Source: Candidatus Micrarchaeota archaeon (GTDB lineage: Archaea; Micrarchaeota; Micrarchaeia; Micrarchaeales; CABMGC01). From it: a DNA stretch of 64,000 bases. Where the stretch lies: contig DAHWIK010000044.1 of assembly GCA_027345185.1 (NCBI GenBank), positions 3,396 through 67,395 of the forward strand, read 5' to 3'. Positions 39,049 to 48,901 of this stretch are shown here, piece by piece. The translations under genes were made by a program, and so were the position numbers. The stretch's first letter is position 1, and each line of letters starts with the position of its first letter. The notes beneath the pieces were generated by a model. It had not been told where the DNA came from. It saw only the letters and a program-made list of their open reading frames with translations, and did not search any database.

Positions 39049-39232
39049 GTTATCGCCTAATAAAACTTCGCATGAATATATTTAAATATCTTTACTCAAA
39101 TTTTTGGAAGGTAAAAGTTGAAACGGTATGTATTATTATATATACTGCAGTATAAGCAACGCTTGATGATTACATGAAATGGTATCAAAAGATAATGGAA
39201 AGGTATAGAAATATGGACAGGGCATTGTAATT

Positions 39233-39544
39233 ATGGACAGCTCGGATAAGGCCGTATTGCTCAAGCAATTCAAGAAGTATAGAATGACAGAGTTCCAGAC
39301 TGCAGTTCTTAGTGCAACGCTTGATATACCAAAGGGTGAAACGAGATCCTACAAGCAGATTGCAGTCATGATCGGAAACCCAAAAGCTTGCCGGGCAGTA
39401 GGCAATGCACTTAGGAAGAATCCTATGGCACCGATGATCCCTTGTCACAGGGTGATAAAAAGCAGCGGCGAGCCTGGAGGCTATGACGGAATCCCGAATT
39501 CAAGGAAAAAGGCGCATCTGCTAAAAGCCGAGAATGCAATATGA
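39233..39544 (+). CDS. ogt: Methylated-DNA-protein-cysteine methyltransferase, C-terminal DNA-binding/active-site domain only
   Basis: IPKGETRSYKQIA...NPMAPMIPCHRVI with the PCHR acceptor Cys intact. At 103 aa it lacks the N-terminal domain. Confidence 0.8.
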   Translation: MDSSDKAVLLKQFKKYRMTEFQTAVLSATLDIPKGETRSYKQIAVMIGNPKACRAVGNALRKNPMAPMIPCHRVIKSSGEPGGYDGIPNSRKKAHLLKAENAI

Positions 39545-39556
39545 TAATGCAGTGAC

Positions 39557-40105
39557 TTGATTGAATTGCGCGACAGAGGCGATACTTATATTAATCAGGG
39601 GAGTGCAGTAAAAACCGGTGTGATTATTAGCGTCTTCAGGTATAACGGCGTGCCGCTTAGCAGTGAATTTGAGCGGGTACATACGGATCCGTCAATAGTT
39701 GCCTATGCAAGGGGGAAATTGTTACAGCCAACAGGTCAAGAACTAGTTTATTTCGCTCACCCCCAGCCACTGTATGGCACGGAAGAGGAACGTGGCTATA
39801 TAAGGGCTATAGAAAACTATTTCAATGGAGCAAAGGTAGTCAATCCGGGTGAATTGACTGACGTAAAAATACGTGACATGGGTTTCTACCTAGACATAGT
39901 GCAGGAATGCAATGCTCTGGTTTATGTAAGGCTGTTAGATAGAATACTTGGTGGAGTTGGATTGGAAACCGAATTTGCATTCAATTCAGGCAAAGGCGTT
40001 TATGAATTGGCAGGAAGCGAGCTGACCAGAATTCACAGAGTTCCAGAATACCTTGACCGTGAAGGCACTGTCGAAGTCCTTAAGGCAGTGGGATTCAGAA
40101 AATAA
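39557..40105 (+). CDS. Hypothetical protein, possibly nucleoside 2-deoxyribosyltransferase-like fold
   Basis: VYFAHPQPLYGTEEE..., VVNPGE and ECNALVYVRLLD...GVGLETEFAFNSGKGVYEL resemble the iYlAGP.../cD.vv...S.G...E pattern. Non-ATG start, so N-terminus uncertain. Confidence 0.3.
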   Translation: MIELRDRGDTYINQGSAVKTGVIISVFRYNGVPLSSEFERVHTDPSIVAYARGKLLQPTGQELVYFAHPQPLYGTEEERGYIRAIENYFNGAKVVNPGELTDVKIRDMGFYLDIVQECNALVYVRLLDRILGGVGLETEFAFNSGKGVYELAGSELTRIHRVPEYLDREGTVEVLKAVGFRK

Positions 40106-40129
40106 AGAGAGCTTCCAACCATCAAAAAA

Positions 40130-40732
40130 GTGTTAATAAGCTTTATTCAGATAATTATGCGTGAATGCATGGTTTCATTGTTGCTAGCTGGAATAGCATT
40201 CATTGTCGCAATTATATTCGCCTTTTTCATAATAATTTACAACACACTGATCGCATTGAGGAACAGCATTGGCAGGGCCTCAGCCGATATAGATGTACTG
40301 CTCGAGAAAAGACATGACCTGATCGGAAGACTGGAAGACGTTGTAAAGGGCTATTCTAATTATGAGAGAACAGTACTTGTTCAAGTCACCGGATTGAGGA
40401 CCAAATGGATGGCAGTACAGAATGGGAGCATAAATGAGAAGATGGAGCAATCCAACCAGATATCGCAGATGATTAAGACAATATTTGCTGATGTAGAGAA
40501 CTATCCGGACCTGAAAGCCGATAAGAATTTCCTTGATCTCCAGTCAGCCATATACGAGATTGAAAGCCAGATAGCAGACAGGAGGGAATTCTATAATGAC
40601 TCCGTTTACGAATTAAACACGAAGATACAGCAAGTACCGTATAACCTTGTGGCCGGTAAGCTCGGATTTTACGTGTTCCAGTTCCTGCAGGTTCCTGATG
40701 ACGCCAAGACTCCAGTAAACGTGGATGCATAA
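40130..40732 (+). CDS. lemA: LemA family protein
   Basis: N-terminal TM helix then YNTLIALRNSIGRASADIDVLLEKRHDLIGRLEDVVKGY. The true start is probably the ATG near 40157-40169. Confidence 0.8.
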   Translation: MLISFIQIIMRECMVSLLLAGIAFIVAIIFAFFIIIYNTLIALRNSIGRASADIDVLLEKRHDLIGRLEDVVKGYSNYERTVLVQVTGLRTKWMAVQNGSINEKMEQSNQISQMIKTIFADVENYPDLKADKNFLDLQSAIYEIESQIADRREFYNDSVYELNTKIQQVPYNLVAGKLGFYVFQFLQVPDDAKTPVNVDA

Positions 40733-40742
40733 TGGTTGTTGA

Positions 40743-41708
40743 ATGGATGTCTCATTACTGAATAGCGAATTTGCAAACGGCGGCGGAGGTGGGGCAAAGG
40801 GCAGGCACGTAAAAAGGATGGAGGGAAGATTGCTGTATCCATTTTTTGTATTTGTTATTGGAGTGTTCTTGTTTGTCTTTCTGCTGTCCGTTACTGCATT
40901 TGCAATCTTCCTATTGGTCGTGATTGCGGCTTCGGTATATTTTGGGCTTCAAGGATACGGCGAATACCAGCTTTTTGCCAATACGCCGATAGCGAAGATC
41001 GACGGCGCAGCAGACGGGCTCAACGAGATACAGGCAAACGTTTATCCGTACAAGAATCCGGGAATCAATCTTCCCATAGGAGAAGGGAAGTGTGCACTTT
41101 ACGGTCTTGAGCTGCACTACAGGACTGGCGGGAAGAATAGCCAGGATTACCTACTCTCTTCGCATTATTTCAGTTCTGCTTCGCTTCTATTTGACGGAAC
41201 CGGATACCTGTACGGCGACTACAACAGCGCGGAGTTTGAGATGCCTTTCAGAATTTATAAGCTTCAGAAGAAGAAATTTGAGTGGGTGACCAACAGGGAC
41301 AAGATTATCCAGGCTTTTGATGATACAACAGGCATTGACAGGCAGTTGGACATAGGGAAATACGACCAGAATCTGACTCTGGCACCTATGGGCGGTGAGA
41401 AGATCCTCAGGACAAGCGGACAGTATGGCGTGGGAGCAGGACCGGTCGGCTATTACGTAAAGCTGTATTATGTGCCGATAGATAGGCCTTATTTTATAAT
41501 AGGCAACATATCTGACAGTGGAAAGTTGTATAATGAAAAACCACTGAAGATGTTCTCTATTGACCAGGCAACAGGCATATTGGCGATTACTGCAAGGTCA
41601 AAGAAGCAGTTGATATCAAGGCTGAGAAACTACGCCTTCCTGGACATAGCTCTCGCACTCGCATGTTTTATTGCCTTGGTCTGGGTATTCAATCTTGGAC
41701 TGATATAG
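40743..41708 (+). CDS. Membrane protein, GIDE-domain-like (LemA-associated)
   Basis: N-terminal TM helices, then TPIAKIDGAADGLNEIQANV...LPIGEGKCALYGLEL (the GIDE-like pattern pi..i..a.dG.vei.G.v..l.sPlsg..Cv.y), and a C-terminal TM helix. Confidence 0.4.
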   Translation: MDVSLLNSEFANGGGGGAKGRHVKRMEGRLLYPFFVFVIGVFLFVFLLSVTAFAIFLLVVIAASVYFGLQGYGEYQLFANTPIAKIDGAADGLNEIQANVYPYKNPGINLPIGEGKCALYGLELHYRTGGKNSQDYLLSSHYFSSASLLFDGTGYLYGDYNSAEFEMPFRIYKLQKKKFEWVTNRDKIIQAFDDTTGIDRQLDIGKYDQNLTLAPMGGEKILRTSGQYGVGAGPVGYYVKLYYVPIDRPYFIIGNISDSGKLYNEKPLKMFSIDQATGILAITARSKKQLISRLRNYAFLDIALALACFIALVWVFNLGLI

Positions 41709-41709
41709 G

Positions 41710-43518
41710 TTAGCTTTCGACCTTTACCTTCTTCTGCAGCTTGTACATCTCTATTATCTCCTTTGTAGTTGTCGCATCTTCTGGGCTCTTGTCTTCCCTC
41801 ACTCCGTCGCTAACCAGCCTGGGGAACCTGAGTGCATAACCTGTCGCGTCTGGAGAAGGACCCTCCCTGCCGCATGTATGCATGGGTGATTTTGTTATCT
41901 CGTCGGCGCGGACTGTTACGACATATTTTGGCTCCACCCAGAAGTTGGGCTCTATTATAGCGTCCACCCTGGCAGGCTTTCTTTCCTTGCTTATCTTTTT
42001 TAAAAGGGACTTGAACATCTGCATGTTCTTCTCTGTGAATCCGGTGCCTATCCTTGTTATCGTCTCGAAGACGTCCTTCTTATCGTTATACACAGCGGCG
42101 AGAAGGCCACCGAACCCGAATTCTGCACGCTGGCCCCTCCCAAGATAGTATCCTATGATTACAAGGTCTATTGTATCTGAGAGCTCCCCTTTGTAGCTCC
42201 TCTTCAGCTTTATCCAACTGAACTTCCGTGCGCCGGCTATGTACGGCGCGCTGAGGTCCTTTGCGACTATTCCCTCAAGCCCGGACTCTATCTCCTGCTC
42301 AAAATATTTGTCTATCTGCTTAGGCGTGGTTGCAATTATTCTATTTGAAAATCTTATCGTGCCTTCACCGCTGACCAGTTTCTCGAGCTTGCTCCTCCTT
42401 TCCTCGTAGGGCTTGCTCAGATAGTCTTCTCCGTCAAGATACATCAGGTCGAATGCAAACAGATGGAGAGGAAATTCAAGGCTCTTCTCCTCGATTCCGT
42501 GTTTTCTCTTTCTCTGTATGGTTTCCTGGAATGGGCGGAACTCCCCGGTCACATCATCGTATGCAAGGGCCTCTCCCTCAAGTATAGCTTCTTTGGCTGC
42601 AACTTCGATGAGTGCGGCCTTGGCTATATCAGGAAACATGTCTGTAGTGTTCTCAAGATTCCTTGAGAAAAGCTGCACCTTCCTGTTCTTCTTGTCAATA
42701 TGGATCTGCACTCTGAATCCGTCGTACTTGCTCTCTACCGCGCACTTTCCATTCATCCTCTTCAGTATCTCTTCTGCAGTTGGGAGCCGCTCGGCAAGAG
42801 CTGGCCTTATCGGGCTGAATAGGGTCACCTTAAGGTGCTCTATTCCGGACATTCCATTGTCAACGAGTATGTAAGCGATCCTTCCTAGATCGCTGCATAT
42901 GTTATAGGCGTTCTCCAGCTTCTTCTTCGACTCCCTGTCCCCTGTCGACATCTTTGACAGCGCCTCGAGTATGGTGGCATCGCCTGCACCCAATCTAAGC
43001 GTGCCTAGTGCAAATCTTGTCACGTATCGCGCTTCAAGGTGCGAGGAGGCAGCTAAAAGCTCTACAAGCATCTTTATCTTTGCATCTTGGCTGCCTAAGC
43101 CGCTTGTCCCGGCAATCTTTAGCATCGCGTTGAATACGTAGTTAACATCAAGCCTTCTTTTTGACATGATCCTGAGCTTCGATTTTTTAGAGAATTCCTC
43201 AGCAGTCAGGCCCATATCCCCGGTCTTCCGGTATACAGCCACAACCTCCTCGTTAGAGAATCCGCTTGCCATTGCTATCGAGCGCTCTGCGAACTTCTCA
43301 GCCATGCCCATCTGAACGCCCTCGAAGGGTGGCGCAAGGACTCCTTGCGTCATATAAACAAGGTTCCTTATCTCTTCCTTCTTGGCTTTGGAGAGCATCT
43401 CTGACAGTATGTCCACCATGCCCAGCCTGGAGGATGTATTCTCCAGTTTTTCATAATAAGTTGATACTTCATCGAAGAGCATGATTCTCACAGGGCGTGC
43501 GATTTTATTCTCTCTCAT
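41710..43518 (-). CDS. lig: ATP-dependent DNA ligase
   Basis: Adenylation motif I AVESKYDGFRVQIH, EGIVAK, and an OB-domain C-terminus. 602 aa. Confidence 0.92.
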   Translation of the reverse strand: MRENKIARPVRIMLFDEVSTYYEKLENTSSRLGMVDILSEMLSKAKKEEIRNLVYMTQGVLAPPFEGVQMGMAEKFAERSIAMASGFSNEEVVAVYRKTGDMGLTAEEFSKKSKLRIMSKRRLDVNYVFNAMLKIAGTSGLGSQDAKIKMLVELLAASSHLEARYVTRFALGTLRLGAGDATILEALSKMSTGDRESKKKLENAYNICSDLGRIAYILVDNGMSGIEHLKVTLFSPIRPALAERLPTAEEILKRMNGKCAVESKYDGFRVQIHIDKKNRKVQLFSRNLENTTDMFPDIAKAALIEVAAKEAILEGEALAYDDVTGEFRPFQETIQRKRKHGIEEKSLEFPLHLFAFDLMYLDGEDYLSKPYEERRSKLEKLVSGEGTIRFSNRIIATTPKQIDKYFEQEIESGLEGIVAKDLSAPYIAGARKFSWIKLKRSYKGELSDTIDLVIIGYYLGRGQRAEFGFGGLLAAVYNDKKDVFETITRIGTGFTEKNMQMFKSLLKKISKERKPARVDAIIEPNFWVEPKYVVTVRADEITKSPMHTCGREGPSPDATGYALRFPRLVSDGVREDKSPEDATTTKEIIEMYKLQKKVKVES

Positions 43519-43592
43519 GAAAGGTATATATTTATACTTAATGAAAAGGGCGAAAGGGAATCGGATTTATATTTTAGGGTCAAAATCAATCC

Positions 43593-44213
43593 ATGGAGTA
43601 TGCGGGTTTGGACATAACCACAAACGAGGAGGTCTATGAGCCTGCGGAGGATTCTCTGCTTGCTGCCGACGTGATTTCAGAAGAGCTTGACAAGCTTGAA
43701 GGTACCTTAAGCGTGTTGGACATCGGCTGCGGCACCGGAATACTGGGCCTAGTGGCAGCGACAAATCCAAATGTTGAAAGAGTGATTTTTGCTGACATAA
43801 ATGAGAAGGCGCTTGATCTGTGCAGGTTGAACATAGGCAGAAACATGGGAATAGTGAGAGCGAACTGCGACGTCATAAAGAGCGACCTTTTTTCCGAAAT
43901 AAAGGAGAATTTTAACATGATAATATTTAATTCGCCTTATCTTCCTGAAGGCGGCAAGGACAAGCTATCCAGTGCGTGGTATGGGGGAGAGACTGGGATA
44001 GAGGTTTCAACGAGATTCCTGCATCAGGCAGTTGACCACATGTCCGATAATGCAGAGATAATTCTTGTCGTTAGCTCTCTTGGCGACCTTGAGACGCTGA
44101 GGAAGGAGATAAACTCGCTTGGACTTTACATTAAGAGAGAGAATAAGGAGCACATTCATTTTGAAGACATAATAGTGATGGTTCTGGTCAAGACAATCAG
44201 TATAGGTTCCTGA
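43593..44213 (+). CDS. HemK-related archaeal methyltransferase (Mtq2/PrmC-like N5-glutamine MTase)
   Basis: SAM motif VLDIGCGTGILG and IIFNSPYLP (NPPY-type motif IV). Confidence 0.7.
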   Translation: MEYAGLDITTNEEVYEPAEDSLLAADVISEELDKLEGTLSVLDIGCGTGILGLVAATNPNVERVIFADINEKALDLCRLNIGRNMGIVRANCDVIKSDLFSEIKENFNMIIFNSPYLPEGGKDKLSSAWYGGETGIEVSTRFLHQAVDHMSDNAEIILVVSSLGDLETLRKEINSLGLYIKRENKEHIHFEDIIVMVLVKTISIGS

Positions 44214-44239
44214 AGCCTAACATTGCTGACTGGGCATCA

Positions 44240-45493
44240 TTATCTTTTATCCAGCTTCAGAACTCTTCTTACCTTGTCTATAGCATCTATTGCCTTGTCA
44301 ATTTCGTCCTGCTTGTTGTATAAATAAAAGCTTATCCTTGATACTGCAGCCTCATCGAGCACACCCACGACAAGTGGCATGGCGCAGTGATGGCCGGCCC
44401 TTATTGCTATTCCTTCGGTATCAAATATTGTAGAGACATCATGGGGATGGGCTCCGCTTATGTTGAATGATATTACTCCGCCGCGGCGGTCCACGCTCTT
44501 TATTCCGGGACCGTAGAGCTTCATGACTTTCACTTCCTCGAACCTCTTTAATGCGTATTTTAGCATCTCAACTTCGTGTGACCGCACCTTTTCAATGCCT
44601 ATCTTGTTAAGATAGCTTATGGCCGCGCCGAACCCTATCGCTCCCTCTATGTTTGGGGTCCCCGATTCGAACTTCCATGGAAGTTCATTCCATTCTGCCG
44701 ATTCGAAGGTTACTGAACGGATCATATCGCTGCCCACTATTGCTGGTGTGGTCTCTTCGAGGATATCTTCCTTGCCGTAGAGCACACCTATTCCGGAAGG
44801 ACCAAGCATCTTGTGGCTCGAGAACGCCATGAAGTCGCAGCCGATGTCCTTTACATCCACCTTCATGTGCGGGACTGTTTGTGCGGCATCCACAAGAACC
44901 GTGGCGCCTGCGTCATGTGCAAGCTTTGTCATAAGCTTTACGTCGTTTATTGTGCCTAGCACGTTTGATGCGTGCGTGAATGCTACGACCTTCGGCTTCT
45001 TCTCCAGCTTCTTCTTGAAATCATCCATGTCAACGAATGACTTTTCTACCAGTGCAGTGTGATCCAAGAACGCCTTCTTCCTCTTTGCAAGCATAAGCCA
45101 TGGGACTATGTTGCTGTGATGCTCCATGTCCGTTATAAGTATGTGATCTCCGGATTTTATTTTAGGCTCAGCGTATGAAAGGGCGGCTATATTTATAGCG
45201 TCTGTGGTATTTCTGCAGTAGATTATGTTCCTGTATGATTCTGCATTTATGAATTTGGCTGCAAGCTCCTTTGAATTCACATAGGCATCGGTGGACTTCA
45301 TTGATATCTGATACAGTCCTCTGTGTATGTTTGAATTGTACGTCTCGTAGTAGTCTTTTACCGCATCTATTACCTGCCTTGGCTTCTGTGAAGTTGAGGC
45401 GCTGTCAAGAAAGACAAGAGGCTTGCCGTTTATCTTAGTGCTGAGTATCGGGAAGTCCTCCCTTATCTGGTCTACATCTAACACTGCCATCAT
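44240..45493 (-). CDS. sufS: Cysteine desulfurase, SufS type
   Basis: PLP lysine region AFSSHKMLGPSGIGVLYG and active-site loop RAGHHCAMP. Confidence 0.9.
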   Translation of the reverse strand: MMAVLDVDQIREDFPILSTKINGKPLVFLDSASTSQKPRQVIDAVKDYYETYNSNIHRGLYQISMKSTDAYVNSKELAAKFINAESYRNIIYCRNTTDAINIAALSYAEPKIKSGDHILITDMEHHSNIVPWLMLAKRKKAFLDHTALVEKSFVDMDDFKKKLEKKPKVVAFTHASNVLGTINDVKLMTKLAHDAGATVLVDAAQTVPHMKVDVKDIGCDFMAFSSHKMLGPSGIGVLYGKEDILEETTPAIVGSDMIRSVTFESAEWNELPWKFESGTPNIEGAIGFGAAISYLNKIGIEKVRSHEVEMLKYALKRFEEVKVMKLYGPGIKSVDRRGGVISFNISGAHPHDVSTIFDTEGIAIRAGHHCAMPLVVGVLDEAAVSRISFYLYNKQDEIDKAIDAIDKVRRVLKLDKR

Positions 45494-46224
45494 TTCTCAT
45501 CCGGCGTATACCCTTCATTCTCAACCTGTGCGATAAGCTCCTTTCCGCCTTCCCTCACCACTTTCCCGTCTGCCATTATGTGTATGAACTGGGGCTCCAT
45601 GTAGTTCAGTATCCTGCTGTAGTGCGTTATAAGGAGTACGCTGGCATTTGCCTTCCTCCTTATTTCGTTTATGTTCTCCGCAACCACTCTTACAGCGTCT
45701 ATGTCCAGGCCTGAGTCTGGCTCGTCGAGTATGGCCAGCTTCGGTTTGAAAATGGCCATCTGGAGTACTTCCATCTTCTTCTTCTCTCCTCCGGAAAACC
45801 CGTAGTTTAGCGACCTTCCAATAAGGTCCTCCCTAAGCTTCAGGCTTTCGACGTTATTCTTTATCTCGCCCATGAACTCCTTGTAGCTTATCTTCTCCTT
45901 GTTCAGTGCGCCCCTTGCAGAGTTCAGGAAATTCACTATCCCCATTCCTTCTATCTCAATAGGATTCTGGAACTGAAGGAATAAGCCGAGTTTTGCGCGT
46001 TCGTTTACGGGAAGATCGTTTATCACTTTTCCGTCTGCGGTTATTTCGCCGTTTGTTATCTTCACTGCAGGATGGCCCATTATCGATTTTGCAAGGGTTG
46101 TCTTTCCACTGCCGTTCGGGCCCATGAGCACATGGAGCTCGCCTTCGCCAATCTTGAGATTGACCCCCTTAAGCACGTTCCTCTGCTCCAGATCTGCATG
46201 CAGATCTCTTATATCTAGTATCAC
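45490..46224 (-). CDS. sufC: Fe-S cluster assembly ATPase SufC
   Basis: Walker A GPNGSGKTT, ABC signature FSGGEKKK, Walker B AILDEPDSGLD. Confidence 0.92.
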   Translation of the reverse strand: MILDIRDLHADLEQRNVLKGVNLKIGEGELHVLMGPNGSGKTTLAKSIMGHPAVKITNGEITADGKVINDLPVNERAKLGLFLQFQNPIEIEGMGIVNFLNSARGALNKEKISYKEFMGEIKNNVESLKLREDLIGRSLNYGFSGGEKKKMEVLQMAIFKPKLAILDEPDSGLDIDAVRVVAENINEIRRKANASVLLITHYSRILNYMEPQFIHIMADGKVVREGGKELIAQVENEGYTPDEK

Positions 46225-46232
46225 ATATTCAC

Positions 46233-47456
46233 CTATTTGCTTATCCAGACTCCCTTTGCAGTCAGGTCAGAGAGCACTCCAAAGGTTCCTCTTTCAAGCT
46301 TTTCAAGCATGACAGACATTGCGATTTCACTTGCAGCACCGTTAGTTATATTCGACATGTATTTTGATATAAATGCTGTTATGAACATCTTCTTTGCCTG
46401 CTTCTCTTCTAGGCCGCGTGACTCCAGATAGAATAGCGCCTCCTGGTCTATTGGTGATGTTGCGGCTGAGTGGGTTGCCTTTACCTCGTTGCTGTAGTCT
46501 ATGGCCATGTCTGGAAGGGCGTCTATGTGTGCATCGCCGCTCAGAAGTATCCCTCTTTCGGTTATCCTTGAAAAGCATCCCTTGGTTCCCTTCTCTACCT
46601 TTGCGAATCCCTTCAGCATGCAACGCGACTTGCCATCCAGCACAGCGCCTGAATTTAGCTGCGCGTGGCTCCTTGGCCTAGTATTTGATATCGAATTTGC
46701 AAGGTCAAACTTCTGCTCCTTTACTCCAAACGCTATCTCGTTTATCTCGACCCTGCTCTCTGTTCCGGAAGAATCTACTACGCACCTTGATTTTGTCATG
46801 GATCCCCCGTTGTATACGAAATTTCCACGAAACTTTGTATTGTCAGCTATGTTGGCCTTGCACAGATTCACAACATTAGAATTTACATTTTCATTGTGCA
46901 GGACGTTAAGCTCTACTTCTGAATCATGTGCAGCTGAAATTTCATGGAGTATGACGACAGAACCCTGGCTCTCCGGCTCCGAAGCGCAGATCTCAAATAT
47001 GCCTAGTTTGGATTTGCTTTCCACATTTACGATTACCTGCACAGGAAGAAGGCCGTCATTCAAGAATAGCAGGTTTACTGATTGTGACTTCTTGCCGTTT
47101 GAATCTATCATTATGAAATATTTTGAGTGCGCATTGGAATAAGCTGCAAACTTATCATCCCCGCTCTTGAAGATCTTGCCATCAAGGAACCTTGCATCAA
47201 CCTCGTTTGCTTTAACTATCTTTATTGAATCGTTAACGCTCTTTGCGTAGCTTACGGATATTATCGCATCAAATTTTATCTTTGTTCTTTCGGATATCTG
47301 TTGCGCCACTGATTCTGACTGCGGAGTCTCTTGGGGTAAATCTTGGTCTGGAAGAGGTATGTCCAGCGAGAATTTCTTGTAGAGATAGTTTGTCTCCAGG
47401 GGAAGGATCTCATAGTTCGCTATAGCATCATCAATAAACTCTTTGTGCGTCAACAC
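46233..47456 (-). CDS. sufD: Fe-S cluster assembly protein SufD
   Basis: The C-terminal beta-helix region is paralogous to SufB (ATHSAATSPIDQEALFYLESRGLEE versus SufB ISHEAKVGKISDDEIFYLMSRGISE). Confidence 0.8.
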   Translation of the reverse strand: MLTHKEFIDDAIANYEILPLETNYLYKKFSLDIPLPDQDLPQETPQSESVAQQISERTKIKFDAIISVSYAKSVNDSIKIVKANEVDARFLDGKIFKSGDDKFAAYSNAHSKYFIMIDSNGKKSQSVNLLFLNDGLLPVQVIVNVESKSKLGIFEICASEPESQGSVVILHEISAAHDSEVELNVLHNENVNSNVVNLCKANIADNTKFRGNFVYNGGSMTKSRCVVDSSGTESRVEINEIAFGVKEQKFDLANSISNTRPRSHAQLNSGAVLDGKSRCMLKGFAKVEKGTKGCFSRITERGILLSGDAHIDALPDMAIDYSNEVKATHSAATSPIDQEALFYLESRGLEEKQAKKMFITAFISKYMSNITNGAASEIAMSVMLEKLERGTFGVLSDLTAKGVWISK

Positions 47457-47474
47457 GGCTACACCTTTTTGTAA

Positions 47475-48890
47475 TTAACCTACTCCTTTGCTTGTATCAA
47501 GTTTTATGAGCCTCTTAAGCTCCAGAGAATACTCTACAGGGAGAACTTTGGTGAGATCATCTATGAACCCTAAGACTATCATTGCAGTTGCATCATCTTC
47601 GGATATTCCTCTTGACATTAAGTAGAATATTTCGTCGTCGCTTATCTTTCCAACCTTGGCTTCGTGGCTTATCATTGCATCGCTTCTGTTTATCTCGTTG
47701 TAGGGGAAGGTGTTTGTCTTCGCATTCTCATCAAGCAGGAGTGCATCGCATGAGACGTGTGACTTTACGTTTGCAGCATTCTTTGCAACATGGAGAAGCC
47801 CCCTGAAGCTTGTGACTCCAGATCCCTTTGAAACGCTCTTCGATATTATCTTTGAGGTTGTGTTTGGAGCGAGATGGTATATCTTGCCTCCTGACTCCTG
47901 TGTTTGGCCGTCTCCGGCAAGTGCGATTGAAAGCACCTCTCCGCTTGCTCCGTCTCCTTGAAGGAATATGCTTGGGTACTTCATATTCACAAAACTGCCT
48001 ATATTCGCGTCGATCCATTCGACCCTTCCTTTCTTCGCAACATGCGCACGTTGCGTCACAAGGTTGTAGACATTTTTTGACCAGTTCTGTATTGTCACAT
48101 ATCTTATGTGAGCTCCTTCAAGTGCAACGAGTTCTACAACTGCAGAGTGCAGTGCATTGCTAGTATACACCGGGCTCGTACAACCCTCCAGATACACGAC
48201 GTCTGCACCCTCATCTGCGATGATTAGAGTCCTTTCGAATTGGCCGGAGTTCTTTGCATTGATTCTGAAGTATGCGTTGAGCGGCATCGGGACCTTTACG
48301 CCTTTTGGAACGTATATGAAACTGCCTCCGCTCCATGTCGCAGTGTTGAGGGCTGCGAACTTATTGTCCGTTGGCGGGATTATCTTCCCCCAGTATTTCT
48401 TCATCAGCTCAGGGTAATTCTTCACTGCCGTATCAGTATCTGTGAATATTACACCAAGCTTTTCGAGCTCCTTGTTTATGTGAGAATATACTACTGAGCT
48501 GTCGAACTGGGCCTCTGCGCCTGCGAAGAACCTTCTCTCCGCTTCTGGAACCCCAAGCTTGTCGAACGTCTGCTTTATGTCATCTGGCACATTCTCCCAC
48601 TTGTTTGATTCCTCGTTTGCCTTAGGGCTCATGTAGTAATAGTAATCCTCGAACTTTATGGCGCTGAGGTTTGCTCCCCATTGCGGTACTGACTTGCTCT
48701 GGAAGACCTTATATGCAGTGAGCCTCTTCTCCAGCATCCATTCGGGCTCCCCCTTCAGCTTTGATATTCTTCTTACAACATCCTCTGACAATCCTCGCGG
48801 AAATTCGTCGTAGGAGACATCCTGATAGAACCCATACTTCTCCTTGTACTCTCTCTTCTCAACTACCTCTTCTAGGCCTTCGTTCACCAT
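47475..48890 (-). CDS. sufB: Fe-S cluster assembly scaffold SufB
   Basis: 471 aa. WSGGSFIYVPKGVKV, ISHEAKVGKI and FYLMSRGI are conserved SufB blocks. Confidence 0.92.
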   Translation of the reverse strand: MVNEGLEEVVEKREYKEKYGFYQDVSYDEFPRGLSEDVVRRISKLKGEPEWMLEKRLTAYKVFQSKSVPQWGANLSAIKFEDYYYYMSPKANEESNKWENVPDDIKQTFDKLGVPEAERRFFAGAEAQFDSSVVYSHINKELEKLGVIFTDTDTAVKNYPELMKKYWGKIIPPTDNKFAALNTATWSGGSFIYVPKGVKVPMPLNAYFRINAKNSGQFERTLIIADEGADVVYLEGCTSPVYTSNALHSAVVELVALEGAHIRYVTIQNWSKNVYNLVTQRAHVAKKGRVEWIDANIGSFVNMKYPSIFLQGDGASGEVLSIALAGDGQTQESGGKIYHLAPNTTSKIISKSVSKGSGVTSFRGLLHVAKNAANVKSHVSCDALLLDENAKTNTFPYNEINRSDAMISHEAKVGKISDDEIFYLMSRGISEDDATAMIVLGFIDDLTKVLPVEYSLELKRLIKLDTSKGVG

Positions 48891-48901
48891 AAGGATAACC
48901 T

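Noticed and set aside
38318-39085. Long antisense ORFs opposite well-supported genes. Examples: 255 aa opposite ftsZ (38318-39085), 310 aa opposite amt (49716-50648), 220 aa opposite tyrA (21505-22167), 213 aa opposite sufD (46501-47142), 207 aa opposite the EF-Tu-like gene (19195-19818), and 157 aa inside smc (2244-2717).
   Set aside because: Each lies entirely within a gene whose product has clear family motifs. Their translations are low-complexity S/P/T/L/A-rich strings with no recognisable motifs. Such stop-free antisense frames are the expected by-product of codon bias. I found no evidence for overprinted genes.
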